Assembly: GCA_944371315.1 (NCBI GenBank) | Contig: CALVXN010000004.1 | Span: 1 to 45,049, forward strand | Reading direction: 5' to 3' | Length of the DNA: 45,049 nucleotides | Source: an uncultured Bacilli bacterium | GTDB taxonomy: Bacteria > Bacillota_I > Bacilli_A > RF39 > UBA660 | Shown here: piece by piece, positions 23,717 through 33,763 of the stretch | How the letters are laid out: each line of letters begins with the position of its first letter | How positions within the stretch are numbered: position 1 is the stretch's first letter | The notes under the pieces: model-generated | Told to the model about the DNA's origin: nothing | Seen by the model: only the letters and a program-made list of their open reading frames with translations | Databases searched by the model: none | Position numbers and translations under genes: made by a program

Positions 23717-24660
23717 GCATAATATTCTTCATAAGTAATATCATTTTCGTAAATATATGTAGCAATATCTTTGCCTACATATCTGTAATGCCAAGATTCA
23801 AATGAATAACCCGTAATATCAACTTTATCTTCAGGATACCTTAATATAAAACCAAAATTATGTGCATTTTCTTTTAACCACTTAGCTTCATCGGTTTGGG
23901 AAAATGTGTTTTTATTTGTATTAGTTTTACTAAATATATCTAAAGCAAGTCCAGTTTGATGTTCACTAGAACCAGGTCTTGCAGCAATTGAATCAGCAAA
24001 TCTTTCACCACTAGAATTTTTATAATTATTATAAACTATTTCTTGATCTTCATAAGATCTATAAGAAGAATTAATCATCAAGTAATATCCTTCTTCATTA
24101 GCAGCATTCCACATATCTAAAAAGGCATTATAAGCGACCTCACGAACTTTTTGACTACCAACTTCTCCCCAAGCATAATTTTGAGAAACATTTACTAAAT
24201 CATCAGGTATATAATCTTTATCAAGTAAATAATGTTTATTTACAAGCAAAGTAGTATCTAGGGTAGTATTTGCTTTTTCAGTATCTTCATAAAAATTTTT
24301 ATCTAAGTGAATATTAATATTTCTAACAATTTCTGATGAACTTAAATCTTTATTATTATTCATATATTCGATATATAAATTAAAGTTTTTAGTTAAAAAG
24401 TATTTTTCATTTAATATATTAATAATTTTACTATTTTTTTCTTGACTTAAAACATAATTTATAATTTCATCATCGTTTAAATCTAATAAAAAGTCAACTT
24501 CATCATTAGAATAACCCAAATTTAATAATTTATACTCATTAGTTTTATGATATTGATATTCTTTAAATTTATTAATACCAAATATAACTCCTCCGACAAT
24601 TACGATAATTAAACCAATAAATAAATAAACTTCCTTCTTTAATTTTTTTCTTGTTGCCAA
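23698..24660 (-). CDS. D-alanyl-D-alanine carboxypeptidase, VanY/M15B family, membrane anchored
   Basis: N-terminal TM helix. Motifs SSYRSYEDQ, GSSEHQTGLALDI and ESWHYRYVG match the M15B zinc-binding pattern. Confidence 0.8.
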   Translation of the reverse strand: MATRKKLKKEVYLFIGLIIVIVGGVIFGINKFKEYQYHKTNEYKLLNLGYSNDEVDFLLDLNDDEIINYVLSQEKNSKIINILNEKYFLTKNFNLYIEYMNNNKDLSSSEIVRNINIHLDKNFYEDTEKANTTLDTTLLVNKHYLLDKDYIPDDLVNVSQNYAWGEVGSQKVREVAYNAFLDMWNAANEEGYYLMINSSYRSYEDQEIVYNNYKNSSGERFADSIAARPGSSEHQTGLALDIFSKTNTNKNTFSQTDEAKWLKENAHNFGFILRYPEDKVDITGYSFESWHYRYVGKDIATYIYENDITYEEYYAYFLED

Positions 24661-24744
24661 TTTATACCTCCATTATTATATTAATTATAACACTAAATAG
24701 CTATTTACAAAACAATTTATTTGTAGTAGTATTTTATTAAGGTA

Positions 24745-25116
24745 GTGGTGATAATATTGAATGTAAATAAAGAAATAATTAGCTATTGTCCAAATTTCTA
24801 TAAAATCATCAATTGGACTCCGTATGAAGACGATAAAATAAGTGATAAGATAGTAAAATTATATCAAAAATATATTTTTAAAATAGATATTAATGATAAT
24901 GAAGATATAGAACGAATTAAGCAACTTGATCAGGTAGTTAATAAATATATTGATGATTTTGCATTCAGAAAAGAAATGCAAAAACAAATAGTTACAATAA
25001 AAGTAGCAAAAAATGCTACTGATATATTAAAAGAAATAATAAAGTCAATCATAAAAATATTTGATAATTATGAAGAATATACAACAAGAGTTATATATAT
25101 ATCTCGTTGGATTTAA
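24745..25116 (+). CDS. Hypothetical protein (123 aa)
   Basis: Open frame only. It has a non-ATG start and no recognisable motif. Confidence 0.4.
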   Translation: MVIILNVNKEIISYCPNFYKIINWTPYEDDKISDKIVKLYQKYIFKIDINDNEDIERIKQLDQVVNKYIDDFAFRKEMQKQIVTIKVAKNATDILKEIIKSIIKIFDNYEEYTTRVIYISRWI

Positions 25117-25150
25117 AAAGCAATTAGATTAATTTTTAATTGCTTTTTTG
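25117..25150. terminator. Bidirectional terminator between convergent genes
   Basis: AAAGCAATTA (25117-25126) pairs with TAATTGCTTT (25137-25146). It is flanked by A and T runs. Confidence 0.55.
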
Positions 25151-26157
25151 TTTGTCCAAATTTTAATATATATTAACATAAATAATAAAATCATAAATAT
25201 AAATAGTATAGTAGGAAAACTTTTATATATTATCATTGAATTATAAAAGCTATTAGCAGTATATTGATTAACTATAATTAATAGTATTAGATTTATTAAA
25301 AATGGTATATAACTTTTTTTAACATTTATAATATTTTTAATCTTTAATGAACTAACTGACATACAAATAAATATATCAAAAAACCATCCTACTGAAATAA
25401 AATTTTCAATATTTTCAATAAATTTGAAAAAGCTTATTTTTCTTAAAACAGAATACTCAGGATAACTATAAATATTTACTAAGTTTCCTAAAACAATTGT
25501 TAAAGTTAACACTACTACTAGAATTGTAAATGAACTAATTAAATAATATTTTAAACTATTTTTAAAGTCTATATTTTCATCTACTAATGTAATAAATGGA
25601 GCAGTAGATAAAATTGCAAATATTAAACTAGTTTTAAATATATTAGTAGGTTTAGTAGTAAAAAAGGGAAGTAAATTATTAAAATCAAATTCATTTGTCA
25701 AAAGACAAGTTTTTAAAATAACTAAAACAATACTTATAACAAATAATATTTGTGCAACGTATATTATCTTTTTTATAGATTTTGTGTTTAAAAAAGATGC
25801 TAAAAATATGAATGGTAAACAAGAAATAATTGATGGATTAAATGGAAGGAAATATGAATATAAAAAAGTGGATAAAATAATTAGTAAGACAAAAATTCCA
25901 AATAAAATGAAACCTATTAGTATAATTTTAATTATAATGCTTAAAATAGAATCATTTTTTAAAAATGAGCTTAAAGGCATATTTATCTTTTTTTTAAAAT
26001 AATTTATTAAATAGATAATAGCAATTCCTAAAAGTGAACCTAATATTACTGCAATATAAGCATCTTTATCACTATATAAAAATAAAGTTGAAATACCACC
26101 GCCTAAAAACAAACTGCGAGCTAAAAAGTAAGTTAAAATATTAGAATTATTTTTCAT
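25129..26157 (-). CDS. Spore germination protein, GerAB/GerKB-type permease subunit
   Basis: About 10 TM helices and last gene of a gerA-type operon. The ATG at 26157 is preceded by GAGGTG. Confidence 0.8.
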   Translation of the reverse strand: MKNNSNILTYFLARSLFLGGGISTLFLYSDKDAYIAVILGSLLGIAIIYLINYFKKKINMPLSSFLKNDSILSIIIKIILIGFILFGIFVLLIILSTFLYSYFLPFNPSIISCLPFIFLASFLNTKSIKKIIYVAQILFVISIVLVILKTCLLTNEFDFNNLLPFFTTKPTNIFKTSLIFAILSTAPFITLVDENIDFKNSLKYYLISSFTILVVVLTLTIVLGNLVNIYSYPEYSVLRKISFFKFIENIENFISVGWFFDIFICMSVSSLKIKNIINVKKSYIPFLINLILLIIVNQYTANSFYNSMIIYKSFPTILFIFMILLFMLIYIKIWTNKKAIKN

Positions 26158-27223
26158 CGCGCACCTCATAAATTAAACCTTTTTTATTAATATTGAAATT
26201 AATATTACTTTTTATTTTTAAATTTAACCAATAATTTTCTTCTTTTTCTCTAGTTTTTTGATAATAGCTTTTTGATAATCCTAAAATATCACTCTTATAT
26301 TTTTGAATTTTTTCTAAAAAGTCATTGATCTTATTATTCATTATTTTAGTAAAGTCATTGTTTAAATTATTTAAAATATTCAAATTTCTTACATCATAAT
26401 TAGTTTCATTATCCATTATCTTTCCTTCTAAGCCACCTTCAACAAAAATCTTATTATCTGATATATATGTTTTTGTATCACCAGATGTAATAGCTACAGA
26501 AAAATACAGATTATCGTATTCTTTCGAAAAAATTGGACGATAAAAATTATTTGTTAAAATATTATAAATAGTAGCTTCATCATTATTTAGTTTTTCTTTA
26601 AATTCGTATTCATCAAATATTAATAAACCATCTATTTTAAATTGTTCATCATTTAAGGTAATGTTTGAAAAACATGTATCAATACCAAAAGTAATAATTT
26701 CATCAATCACTTGATCAAATGTTTTCATAACACTACTATTTGATGAATAATTATTACTTTCTAAAAGAGATATAATACTTGAACTCACTACAGGATTATT
26801 TTTAGTAGTATTATTAAGTATTTCTTTTGGAGATGAATCAATTGATGAAATAACGTAAAAATTTTCTCTAAAATATGTGCTTCTTATAAAATAATCAATT
26901 ATAGTTTGAAATTTATCCTGAATAATAGAATCACTCAAAATCATTAATTTAACATGAGTATAATTGGCTTTATCTGCAATCAAATCAGCAGTTTTTTCTA
27001 TTGCTTTAGCAAGTGATTTATCACTATTTGTTTTTGTATATGAACTAATTTTAGATGATTCTTTATCACCAGAATCATTTAATATTTCTAATGTGATAAT
27101 ATATTTATCATCCTCATAATCAATTCCAATAGCACTAATAATACCTAAATTATTTACTTCTTGATAATCATAACAGCCGGAAAGTAAAAAAATAAAAGTA
27201 AGTAATAAAATTGCTTTTTTCAT
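26147..27223 (-). CDS. Spore germination protein, GerAC-type lipoprotein subunit
   Basis: Lipobox LLSGC at the N-terminus. Size and position fit the Ger(x)C family. Confidence 0.8.
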   Translation of the reverse strand: MKKAILLLTFIFLLSGCYDYQEVNNLGIISAIGIDYEDDKYIITLEILNDSGDKESSKISSYTKTNSDKSLAKAIEKTADLIADKANYTHVKLMILSDSIIQDKFQTIIDYFIRSTYFRENFYVISSIDSSPKEILNNTTKNNPVVSSSIISLLESNNYSSNSSVMKTFDQVIDEIITFGIDTCFSNITLNDEQFKIDGLLIFDEYEFKEKLNNDEATIYNILTNNFYRPIFSKEYDNLYFSVAITSGDTKTYISDNKIFVEGGLEGKIMDNETNYDVRNLNILNNLNNDFTKIMNNKINDFLEKIQKYKSDILGLSKSYYQKTREKEENYWLNLKIKSNINFNINKKGLIYEVRDEK

Positions 27224-28665
27224 TCTTTATCCTCCTTTTGTTTAATGATATTTTTATGAGTAAATAAGGTCGAGCGTTTAACATCCTTTTTAATTGAAGA
27301 TTTTAATACGGAGTTATTAAAGTAAGTTTTTTCAAATGGAGCTACCGGAGCAAAGTAAGGTTTTTTAAAACTTGTTATATTTGTGGTATAAATTAGAAAA
27401 TATAAGAAACCTAAGGTTAGACCATATAATCCAAAGAAACCAGCTAGAATAATAAAAATAAATCTAAAAAATCTTAATGAATTATTTATCTCAACATTAG
27501 TAAATGTTAAACTAGAAATAAATGTAATAGCAATAATAATTATCGTAATAGGGGATGCTATACCAGCAGAAACAGAAGCTTCACCCAAAACAATTGCACC
27601 TAAAATGGATATAGCTGAACCATAATTTGAAGGAAATCTCAAATCGCTTTCTCTTAATATTTCACAAACTAATAGCATTAAAATTGTTTCAATAATGGTT
27701 GGAAAAGGAACTCCATTACGCTGGATTGCAAAATCAATTAAAAGGTTAGTAGGTATAGTTTCTTGATTATAATTCATTATTGCAATGTAAAGTGCCGGCG
27801 CCATCATTGAAATAAAATAAGCAAAAAATCTTAAAATTTTAATAAAATTTATATTTTTACTTTTATTGTAATTATCAATATTTGGATTAATAAAATCTAT
27901 AAAAAAAGCTGGAATAATCAAAGCATATGGAGAAGTGTCAATAACTAATGCTATTTTTCCTTTTAGTAAAGCAGTAGCTACCATATCTGGCCGTTCTGTT
28001 TGTAAAAATGTAGGATATACATTTTTGTTTTCTTCATCTAATAAAAAACCTATAGAACTAGAATCAATAATCCCATCAATATCAATATTATCTAATTTTT
28101 TTAATATTTCTTTTACTAAATCCTCATCGGTAATATCATCAAAATACAAAACTCCAACATTAGTGTTAGTTTTTCTACCTATAATTCTATTTTCAATTTT
28201 TAAATGACTAGATTTAATTCTTCTTTTTATTAATCCCACATTTATTTGATAATTTTCTGTAAAAGAATCTTTAGGACCATTAATAGAAGTTTCAACATCA
28301 GCATTAGAAATACTTCTATTTATATCTGCTCTAGTTTCTACTGCAACAATTACATCTTTAAAAATAACAATTGTAAAACCATTTGTTAAATAAAACTCAA
28401 TTTCATCTTCCAAAACATTTTTTTTAGTATTTGGTCCTGCTAAAAAAGATAATAAATTTTGTTTATTTATTTTATTATTAGTTTTTCCTATAATAATATT
28501 TTTAAGTATATAATCATTAATTTTGTCACTTCCACTAACAGTTTCTAAATATATAACATATAATGTGTTTATTAAATTTAATTTTATTTCTTTGATAATT
28601 AAATCTGGTGTTTTATTAAATTCTTTTTTTACTCTTTCAACTATTTTATTCAAGGTTATCACCAT
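27220..28665 (-). CDS. Spore germination protein, GerAA-type subunit
   Basis: Soluble N-terminal domain plus 4-5 C-terminal TM helices, typical of the GerA family. ATG 28665 lacks an RBS. TTG at 28653 has GGTGA 5 nt upstream and may be the true start. Confidence 0.85.
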   Translation of the reverse strand: MVITLNKIVERVKKEFNKTPDLIIKEIKLNLINTLYVIYLETVSGSDKINDYILKNIIIGKTNNKINKQNLLSFLAGPNTKKNVLEDEIEFYLTNGFTIVIFKDVIVAVETRADINRSISNADVETSINGPKDSFTENYQINVGLIKRRIKSSHLKIENRIIGRKTNTNVGVLYFDDITDEDLVKEILKKLDNIDIDGIIDSSSIGFLLDEENKNVYPTFLQTERPDMVATALLKGKIALVIDTSPYALIIPAFFIDFINPNIDNYNKSKNINFIKILRFFAYFISMMAPALYIAIMNYNQETIPTNLLIDFAIQRNGVPFPTIIETILMLLVCEILRESDLRFPSNYGSAISILGAIVLGEASVSAGIASPITIIIIAITFISSLTFTNVEINNSLRFFRFIFIILAGFFGLYGLTLGFLYFLIYTTNITSFKKPYFAPVAPFEKTYFNNSVLKSSIKKDVKRSTLFTHKNIIKQKEDKE

Positions 28666-28758
28666 TTATAATATTTACCATTTTATGGTATTTATAACAT
28701 TATTTACCTTTATTAATTATTTATTATGAATTATAATTATATTAAATGGAGTTATTAA

Positions 28759-29265
28759 ATGAAAGAAGAAATACTTTATAATGGTAATAAAAAAATACAT
28801 AAAAAAGAAATGTTTATAATATTGGTAGCATATATTTTTGTAATATTTATAATACCGTATTTATTATTGCATTTTGATATTGTTAAAGTATATGCAACAA
28901 CAGAAGCGTGGAAAATTAAAGGAAATGTAAATTTAGCCTTTATAATAATGATTACTTTTGAATTATTAAGTGGCATTATAGTAGGTTATAAAACTAATAA
29001 GGGGTTAGTTTATATATTAATGATTTTATTAAGTTTTCTTATAAAACTAATATTATATATATTATTTTCAGTCATTTTATTTTGGACTATTCAAAGTTTT
29101 TTTACAGATATGGAATTTTTAAATTCAAGACTAATAATTTCTTATTATGCATTTAATAATATATTTTTTGTTGTTCATTTACTAGGCTTACCTAGTATTT
29201 TAGGAGTTCAAATAGGAATATTTTTAAAAAATAAATTAGGAGTTAAACATGGAAGTAAAAATTGA
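28759..29265 (+). CDS. Hypothetical small membrane protein (168 aa, about 5 TM)
   Basis: Hydrophobic profile and GGAG RBS upstream. Confidence 0.5.
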   Translation: MKEEILYNGNKKIHKKEMFIILVAYIFVIFIIPYLLLHFDIVKVYATTEAWKIKGNVNLAFIIMITFELLSGIIVGYKTNKGLVYILMILLSFLIKLILYILFSVILFWTIQSFFTDMEFLNSRLIISYYAFNNIFFVVHLLGLPSILGVQIGIFLKNKLGVKHGSKN

Positions 29266-30451
29266 AAAGCTTGATGATTTTGGAAGAGGAATTTGTTATA
29301 TTGATAACAAAGTAACTTTTGTTCCAAATACTATTCCAAATGATTTGGTAGAAATTAAAATTACAAAAGAATTTAAAAATTATAATGAAGGAAAATTAAT
29401 TAATATATTAATACCATCTAAAAAAAGAATTGAACCAAAATGCCCTTATTTTTCAAAGTGCGGTGGTTGTGTATTACAAAATATGAATTATAAAGATACA
29501 TTAGAATACAAAAAAGAAAAAGTAACAAATATATTTAAAAAAAATAAGTTAGAGATAAATCCAATAGTAATAGAAAATGCTAATTATTACAATTATAGAA
29601 ATAAAATTAGTTTAAAAGTAATTGATAAAAAAATAGGATACTATGAACCTAAAAGCCACTCTATAGTTGAAATAGACTCATGTTTAGTTGCAAGTAATTC
29701 AATTAACAAAACAATTCAATTGATTAAAAAAATGAATATTATTAATGGGTTAGTTACTATTAGATGTAATAAAAATGATGAAATATTAATTATAATTAAT
29801 AGTAAAGATAAATTAAATATTGATGTAGATAGTATAAAGGAAAAGATAAAATTAGTGGGGATTGTGATAAACAATAAGCTTTTTTATGGCGAAGATTTTT
29901 TATATGAAAATATAAATGGAATTTTTTATAAAATATCATATGATTCATTCTTTCAAGTAAATCCGTATATTGCATCAAAAATATTTGATATTATCAAAGA
30001 AAATATTAATTCAAATGAAACAGTTTTAGATATTTATTCTGGAGTAGGAACTCTAAGTTTAACTGCATCAACGGTAGCTAAGAAGGTAATAGGTATAGAA
30101 ATAGTTGAAAATGCTGTATTAAATGCTATCCATAATGCTAAAATTAATAAAATAAATAATGTAGGTTTTTTGCTTAATGATGCAACTAAAGCAATAACAA
30201 AATTAAATTTATTTTTTGATAAAGTTATAGTTGATCCTCCAAGGGCAGGTTTAACAAAAACAGTAATTGACACAATTAAGAAAATAAAACCAAAAGAAAT
30301 TATATACGTTTCTTGTGATCCTCAAACCTTAGTTAGAGATATTAAATTATTAAGTGATTTATACATAATAAATAAATTTTATATTGCAGATATGTTTAGT
30401 TTTAGTTATCACGTTGAAAGTGTGTGTATTCTAAAAATAAATAATATATGA
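29249..30451 (+). CDS. 23S rRNA (uracil-C5)-methyltransferase, RumA/RlmCD family
   Basis: TRAM-like N-terminus, Fe-S cysteines CPYFSKCGGCVLQ, SAM motif VLDIYSGVGTLSL, plus DPPRAGL and YVSCDP. Confidence 0.85.
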   Translation: MEVKIEKLDDFGRGICYIDNKVTFVPNTIPNDLVEIKITKEFKNYNEGKLINILIPSKKRIEPKCPYFSKCGGCVLQNMNYKDTLEYKKEKVTNIFKKNKLEINPIVIENANYYNYRNKISLKVIDKKIGYYEPKSHSIVEIDSCLVASNSINKTIQLIKKMNIINGLVTIRCNKNDEILIIINSKDKLNIDVDSIKEKIKLVGIVINNKLFYGEDFLYENINGIFYKISYDSFFQVNPYIASKIFDIIKENINSNETVLDIYSGVGTLSLTASTVAKKVIGIEIVENAVLNAIHNAKINKINNVGFLLNDATKAITKLNLFFDKVIVDPPRAGLTKTVIDTIKKIKPKEIIYVSCDPQTLVRDIKLLSDLYIINKFYIADMFSFSYHVESVCILKINNI

Positions 30452-30484
30452 AATTATAAAAAAATGAATGGGAAAGTGAAAGAT

Positions 30485-31015
30485 ATGATATACAGAAAAG
30501 CAACAACTAACGATATTTACCAGATAGCATATCTTATTACAAAAACAATTGGAACATGTAATATTAAATCATCTAAAAATATTTTTGAAAGTAACATAGA
30601 AGAAGTTACAAAAGACATTAAAAATTATTATGTATGTAGCTCTAATAAAAAAATAATAGGTTTATGTGGTATAAGTAAAATTTTAAATAAAGATAGTTTT
30701 AATTTAGGATTAAAAAATGTAAAAGAAATTTTGTATTTTTGTGTAGAGCCAAAATATCAATTCAATGGAATAGGAACTAATTTATTGAAATTATGTATTA
30801 ATAATATTAAAAATGATATTATTTTTGAAGCTTGGGGAGATAATGGAAAATATGTTAATTCAAAATTTATATTAGAAAAAAATGGGTTTAGAATGGTAAA
30901 AAACCTAGGTGATAGTTATTATAGAAAAAATAATTATTGTCATAAATGCATAAATAAAAACAAGGGCTGTAATAAGTGTATTGCTGAAATTTGGGTTAAA
31001 TATAAAACAATTTAG
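30485..31015 (+). CDS. GNAT family N-acetyltransferase with a Cys-rich C-terminal tail
   Basis: Acetyl-CoA motif A QFNGIGTNLLK. C-terminal CHKCINKNKGCNKC. ATG 30485 follows a purine-rich RBS, and the track start is 30464. Confidence 0.6.
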   Translation: MIYRKATTNDIYQIAYLITKTIGTCNIKSSKNIFESNIEEVTKDIKNYYVCSSNKKIIGLCGISKILNKDSFNLGLKNVKEILYFCVEPKYQFNGIGTNLLKLCINNIKNDIIFEAWGDNGKYVNSKFILEKNGFRMVKNLGDSYYRKNNYCHKCINKNKGCNKCIAEIWVKYKTI

Positions 31016-31030
31016 TATTTGGAGTAAGGT

Positions 31031-31873
31031 ATGAATAAAAGTGTAATTGATAGAGCTTTATTATTTTACGATATTAACGATGAAAATTATAAAAATAAAT
31101 GTTATAAATGTTTAGATAGTTTAAATAAGAATATAAAAACTTTGAAAAAATTTTACAATATTAGAAATAAAATATATAACAATAAAAATAGAAAAATAGA
31201 GAAACTGTGGGAAACAAAGTCTAAGGATAAAATGTTTGATAAAAAAGTTCATCCTTATATAACAAATTTATTGTTATTAAGCGGATATAATATTCATAAA
31301 AAAAATATGAAAAAGTTTAATCTAGATATTGAACAAATAAAAATACACAAATTGAGAGTGAAAGAGTGTTTAACAAAAGATATTATTATAAGAAACTATG
31401 ATGGAATTAGAATTTCACAAATGTTATGGGGAACTTATTTTATTAATATAAAACTAATAGAAGTAGGAATATTACAATATGAAAAATATGAAAATTGTAT
31501 AAAAATACATATTCCATCATGTGGAAAATTAAATATTAATAAAGTAAAACAATCATTAGATAATTCAAAAAAATACATAAAAAGGTATTTTAAGCTCAAA
31601 GATTACAATTATTATTGTGATTCGTGGTTACTAAGTAAGCAAATCCATGAAATAATAGACAAAAATAGTAATATTTATAAATTTTACAATTTATTTAATG
31701 TTGAAGAAGGCGAAAGTTGCATTGATGATATTTTAAATTTTGTATATCAAAAAAATTTTTTTGCTGATTACAATAAGCTTCCAGAAAATACAAGCTTACA
31801 AATTAAAATAAAAAAACTTTTATTAAATGGCACTGATATAAGAAAGGGAAAAGGAATTCTTAAAAAAATATAA
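31031..31873 (+). CDS. Hypothetical protein, possibly acyltransferase-like (DUF5596-type)
   Basis: The pattern LQYE...IHIP...CDSWLL recalls clostridial acyltransferase-domain proteins. This is a weak assignment from memory. Confidence 0.45.
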   Translation: MNKSVIDRALLFYDINDENYKNKCYKCLDSLNKNIKTLKKFYNIRNKIYNNKNRKIEKLWETKSKDKMFDKKVHPYITNLLLLSGYNIHKKNMKKFNLDIEQIKIHKLRVKECLTKDIIIRNYDGIRISQMLWGTYFINIKLIEVGILQYEKYENCIKIHIPSCGKLNINKVKQSLDNSKKYIKRYFKLKDYNYYCDSWLLSKQIHEIIDKNSNIYKFYNLFNVEEGESCIDDILNFVYQKNFFADYNKLPENTSLQIKIKKLLLNGTDIRKGKGILKKI

Positions 31874-31928
31874 ATTTACTTTCATGTATAACGTTTGTTA
31901 TAATATTAAACAATGTGGGGGAATATAT

Positions 31929-33701
31929 ATGTTAACTCTTAAAATTACAAAAAAAATAAATAGTGATGATGATGCATTTGAAAAGTTTAAAAAAAGACTT
32001 CAAAAAATTTATGAAAGATCCCGGGAAAAAGATGAAAATTTAGACATTAAATTAGTTTTTGAAGAAGGAATTGATAAGATAAATCCAAAATTAACGAGTA
32101 TGTTTGGATACCACCACGCCATTAGAGAAATTGAATATCCAAGCTCATTAACAATATTGTCTAGAGTGGACTATTCAAATGTAAAAATTAATTATGATAA
32201 GACAAGCATAAATGGTTATAATCCATCAAATGGAATAGAAATAATTGGAGAAGCTACCTTTTTGAGAAAGAAAATCGAAAAGCCGATATGGATTAATGCT
32301 GGTGTAAGAAAAATTTCACATAATGCATTTGGAGATAGTGAAATAGAAAAAATGATTTTTCTAAGTCCAGACGTTGAAATTGCTTCTAATGCTTTTACGA
32401 ATTCAAATATTAATAAATTATATTGTGGGAGTTTAAATTTATTGCATTATTTTTATAATTATCTTGTTAATTCTATAAATCATGTAAAAAGAAGAGGCGA
32501 TTCTAGTTTATTCAGCAATATAAAATTGCCTATAAATGAATTAATAATTCCAGAAGAAATATTACCAGAATTCATTAATTTATTTTGTTCACATAGACTT
32601 ATATGTGATTTAATATCTTTTAAAATTATAATTGATTGTCCAAATGACTTTTATCATAATTATATTTATCAAAATTATTTGAGAATATTAAAATCAAGCA
32701 TGCGAAAATGCCAAATCGTAATGGACCATGACTATGTAATAGAAACTTTTGCAGAAGTAAAAGATTTATACAAAACTTCTAACATGGATAGTTATATGAG
32801 TATTACAAATGATAAATACACCCGAATATTAAATAGTTGTTATAATGAAAAAATTAGAGAAATAGTATTAGACCTTTTACTTAAAATAGCTGATGAAAAT
32901 AACGCAAAACTAATAGGACAAAAAGATGATAATTATGAACGTTTCTGTAACCCAAATTTAACTTTTTCTAATAATGGTATTAATGAACTTGATATAATGC
33001 TAGCTGAACTTGAAAGAAAAGTTAATTTTGTAAGTGAAAAATTAAAATATTATGATGAAACATTATCATTTATTGAAGAATTGGAAAATGAAATAAGTGC
33101 TTGTGAAATATATGATATTGATATTATTTATTTAAATGAATCCTTAAGCTCTCATATATGGCAGTATATATATTTGTTAAATTTTGTTAGTTCTGAAATA
33201 AAAGAAGAGTGTTTAAGCAAAATAATTAATATTTTAAATAGGTTTAAAGAAATTTTAACACAGAAGAAAACAGAAATGTTAAATTTATTTCCAGATATAG
33301 ATGTAAATCTAAATGACCAATTTAATTTTGAAATAGAATTTAGAATAATATTTATTAATGAGATATTATCTTTTTATCAAAAGTTCTTAAACTTAGATGA
33401 GGATAATCATTTTATTAATTCTCTTAAAAACCAAGACATTGATGAAAAAAGTTTTGAGAAAAATATGAAAATCAAAGTAATAAAAAGCTTTATTGAAGAT
33501 ATTTTATTGTTAGAATATATGATTCCAAACAAATTAATGGAAAGAATAAGAGAAATAATTAATTCTGATATAACAACTTTAAGCGATGATGAACTTCAAA
33601 AAATAATAGAAGAATTAGCAAAAATTAAAGTATACTTAACTTTTGAAGAAATAAAATTAAAAAAACAAGGATTAATTAGAGTTCGAACAATTAATAATTA
33701 G
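31929..33701 (+). CDS. Hypothetical protein with BspA-type leucine-rich-repeat-like N-terminal half and a long helical C-terminal half
   Basis: Repeated I..(N)AF....I motifs (IGEATF, ISHNAFGDSEIEKMIF, IASNAFTNSNINKLY). GTGGGGGAA RBS precedes ATG 31929. Confidence 0.55.
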   Translation: MLTLKITKKINSDDDAFEKFKKRLQKIYERSREKDENLDIKLVFEEGIDKINPKLTSMFGYHHAIREIEYPSSLTILSRVDYSNVKINYDKTSINGYNPSNGIEIIGEATFLRKKIEKPIWINAGVRKISHNAFGDSEIEKMIFLSPDVEIASNAFTNSNINKLYCGSLNLLHYFYNYLVNSINHVKRRGDSSLFSNIKLPINELIIPEEILPEFINLFCSHRLICDLISFKIIIDCPNDFYHNYIYQNYLRILKSSMRKCQIVMDHDYVIETFAEVKDLYKTSNMDSYMSITNDKYTRILNSCYNEKIREIVLDLLLKIADENNAKLIGQKDDNYERFCNPNLTFSNNGINELDIMLAELERKVNFVSEKLKYYDETLSFIEELENEISACEIYDIDIIYLNESLSSHIWQYIYLLNFVSSEIKEECLSKIINILNRFKEILTQKKTEMLNLFPDIDVNLNDQFNFEIEFRIIFINEILSFYQKFLNLDEDNHFINSLKNQDIDEKSFEKNMKIKVIKSFIEDILLLEYMIPNKLMERIREIINSDITTLSDDELQKIIEELAKIKVYLTFEEIKLKKQGLIRVRTINN

Positions 33702-33763
33702 CATAGTTGATGTAATTAAAATAAATATGATAAAATTAATAATATAAAAGGATGGATGTCTTA

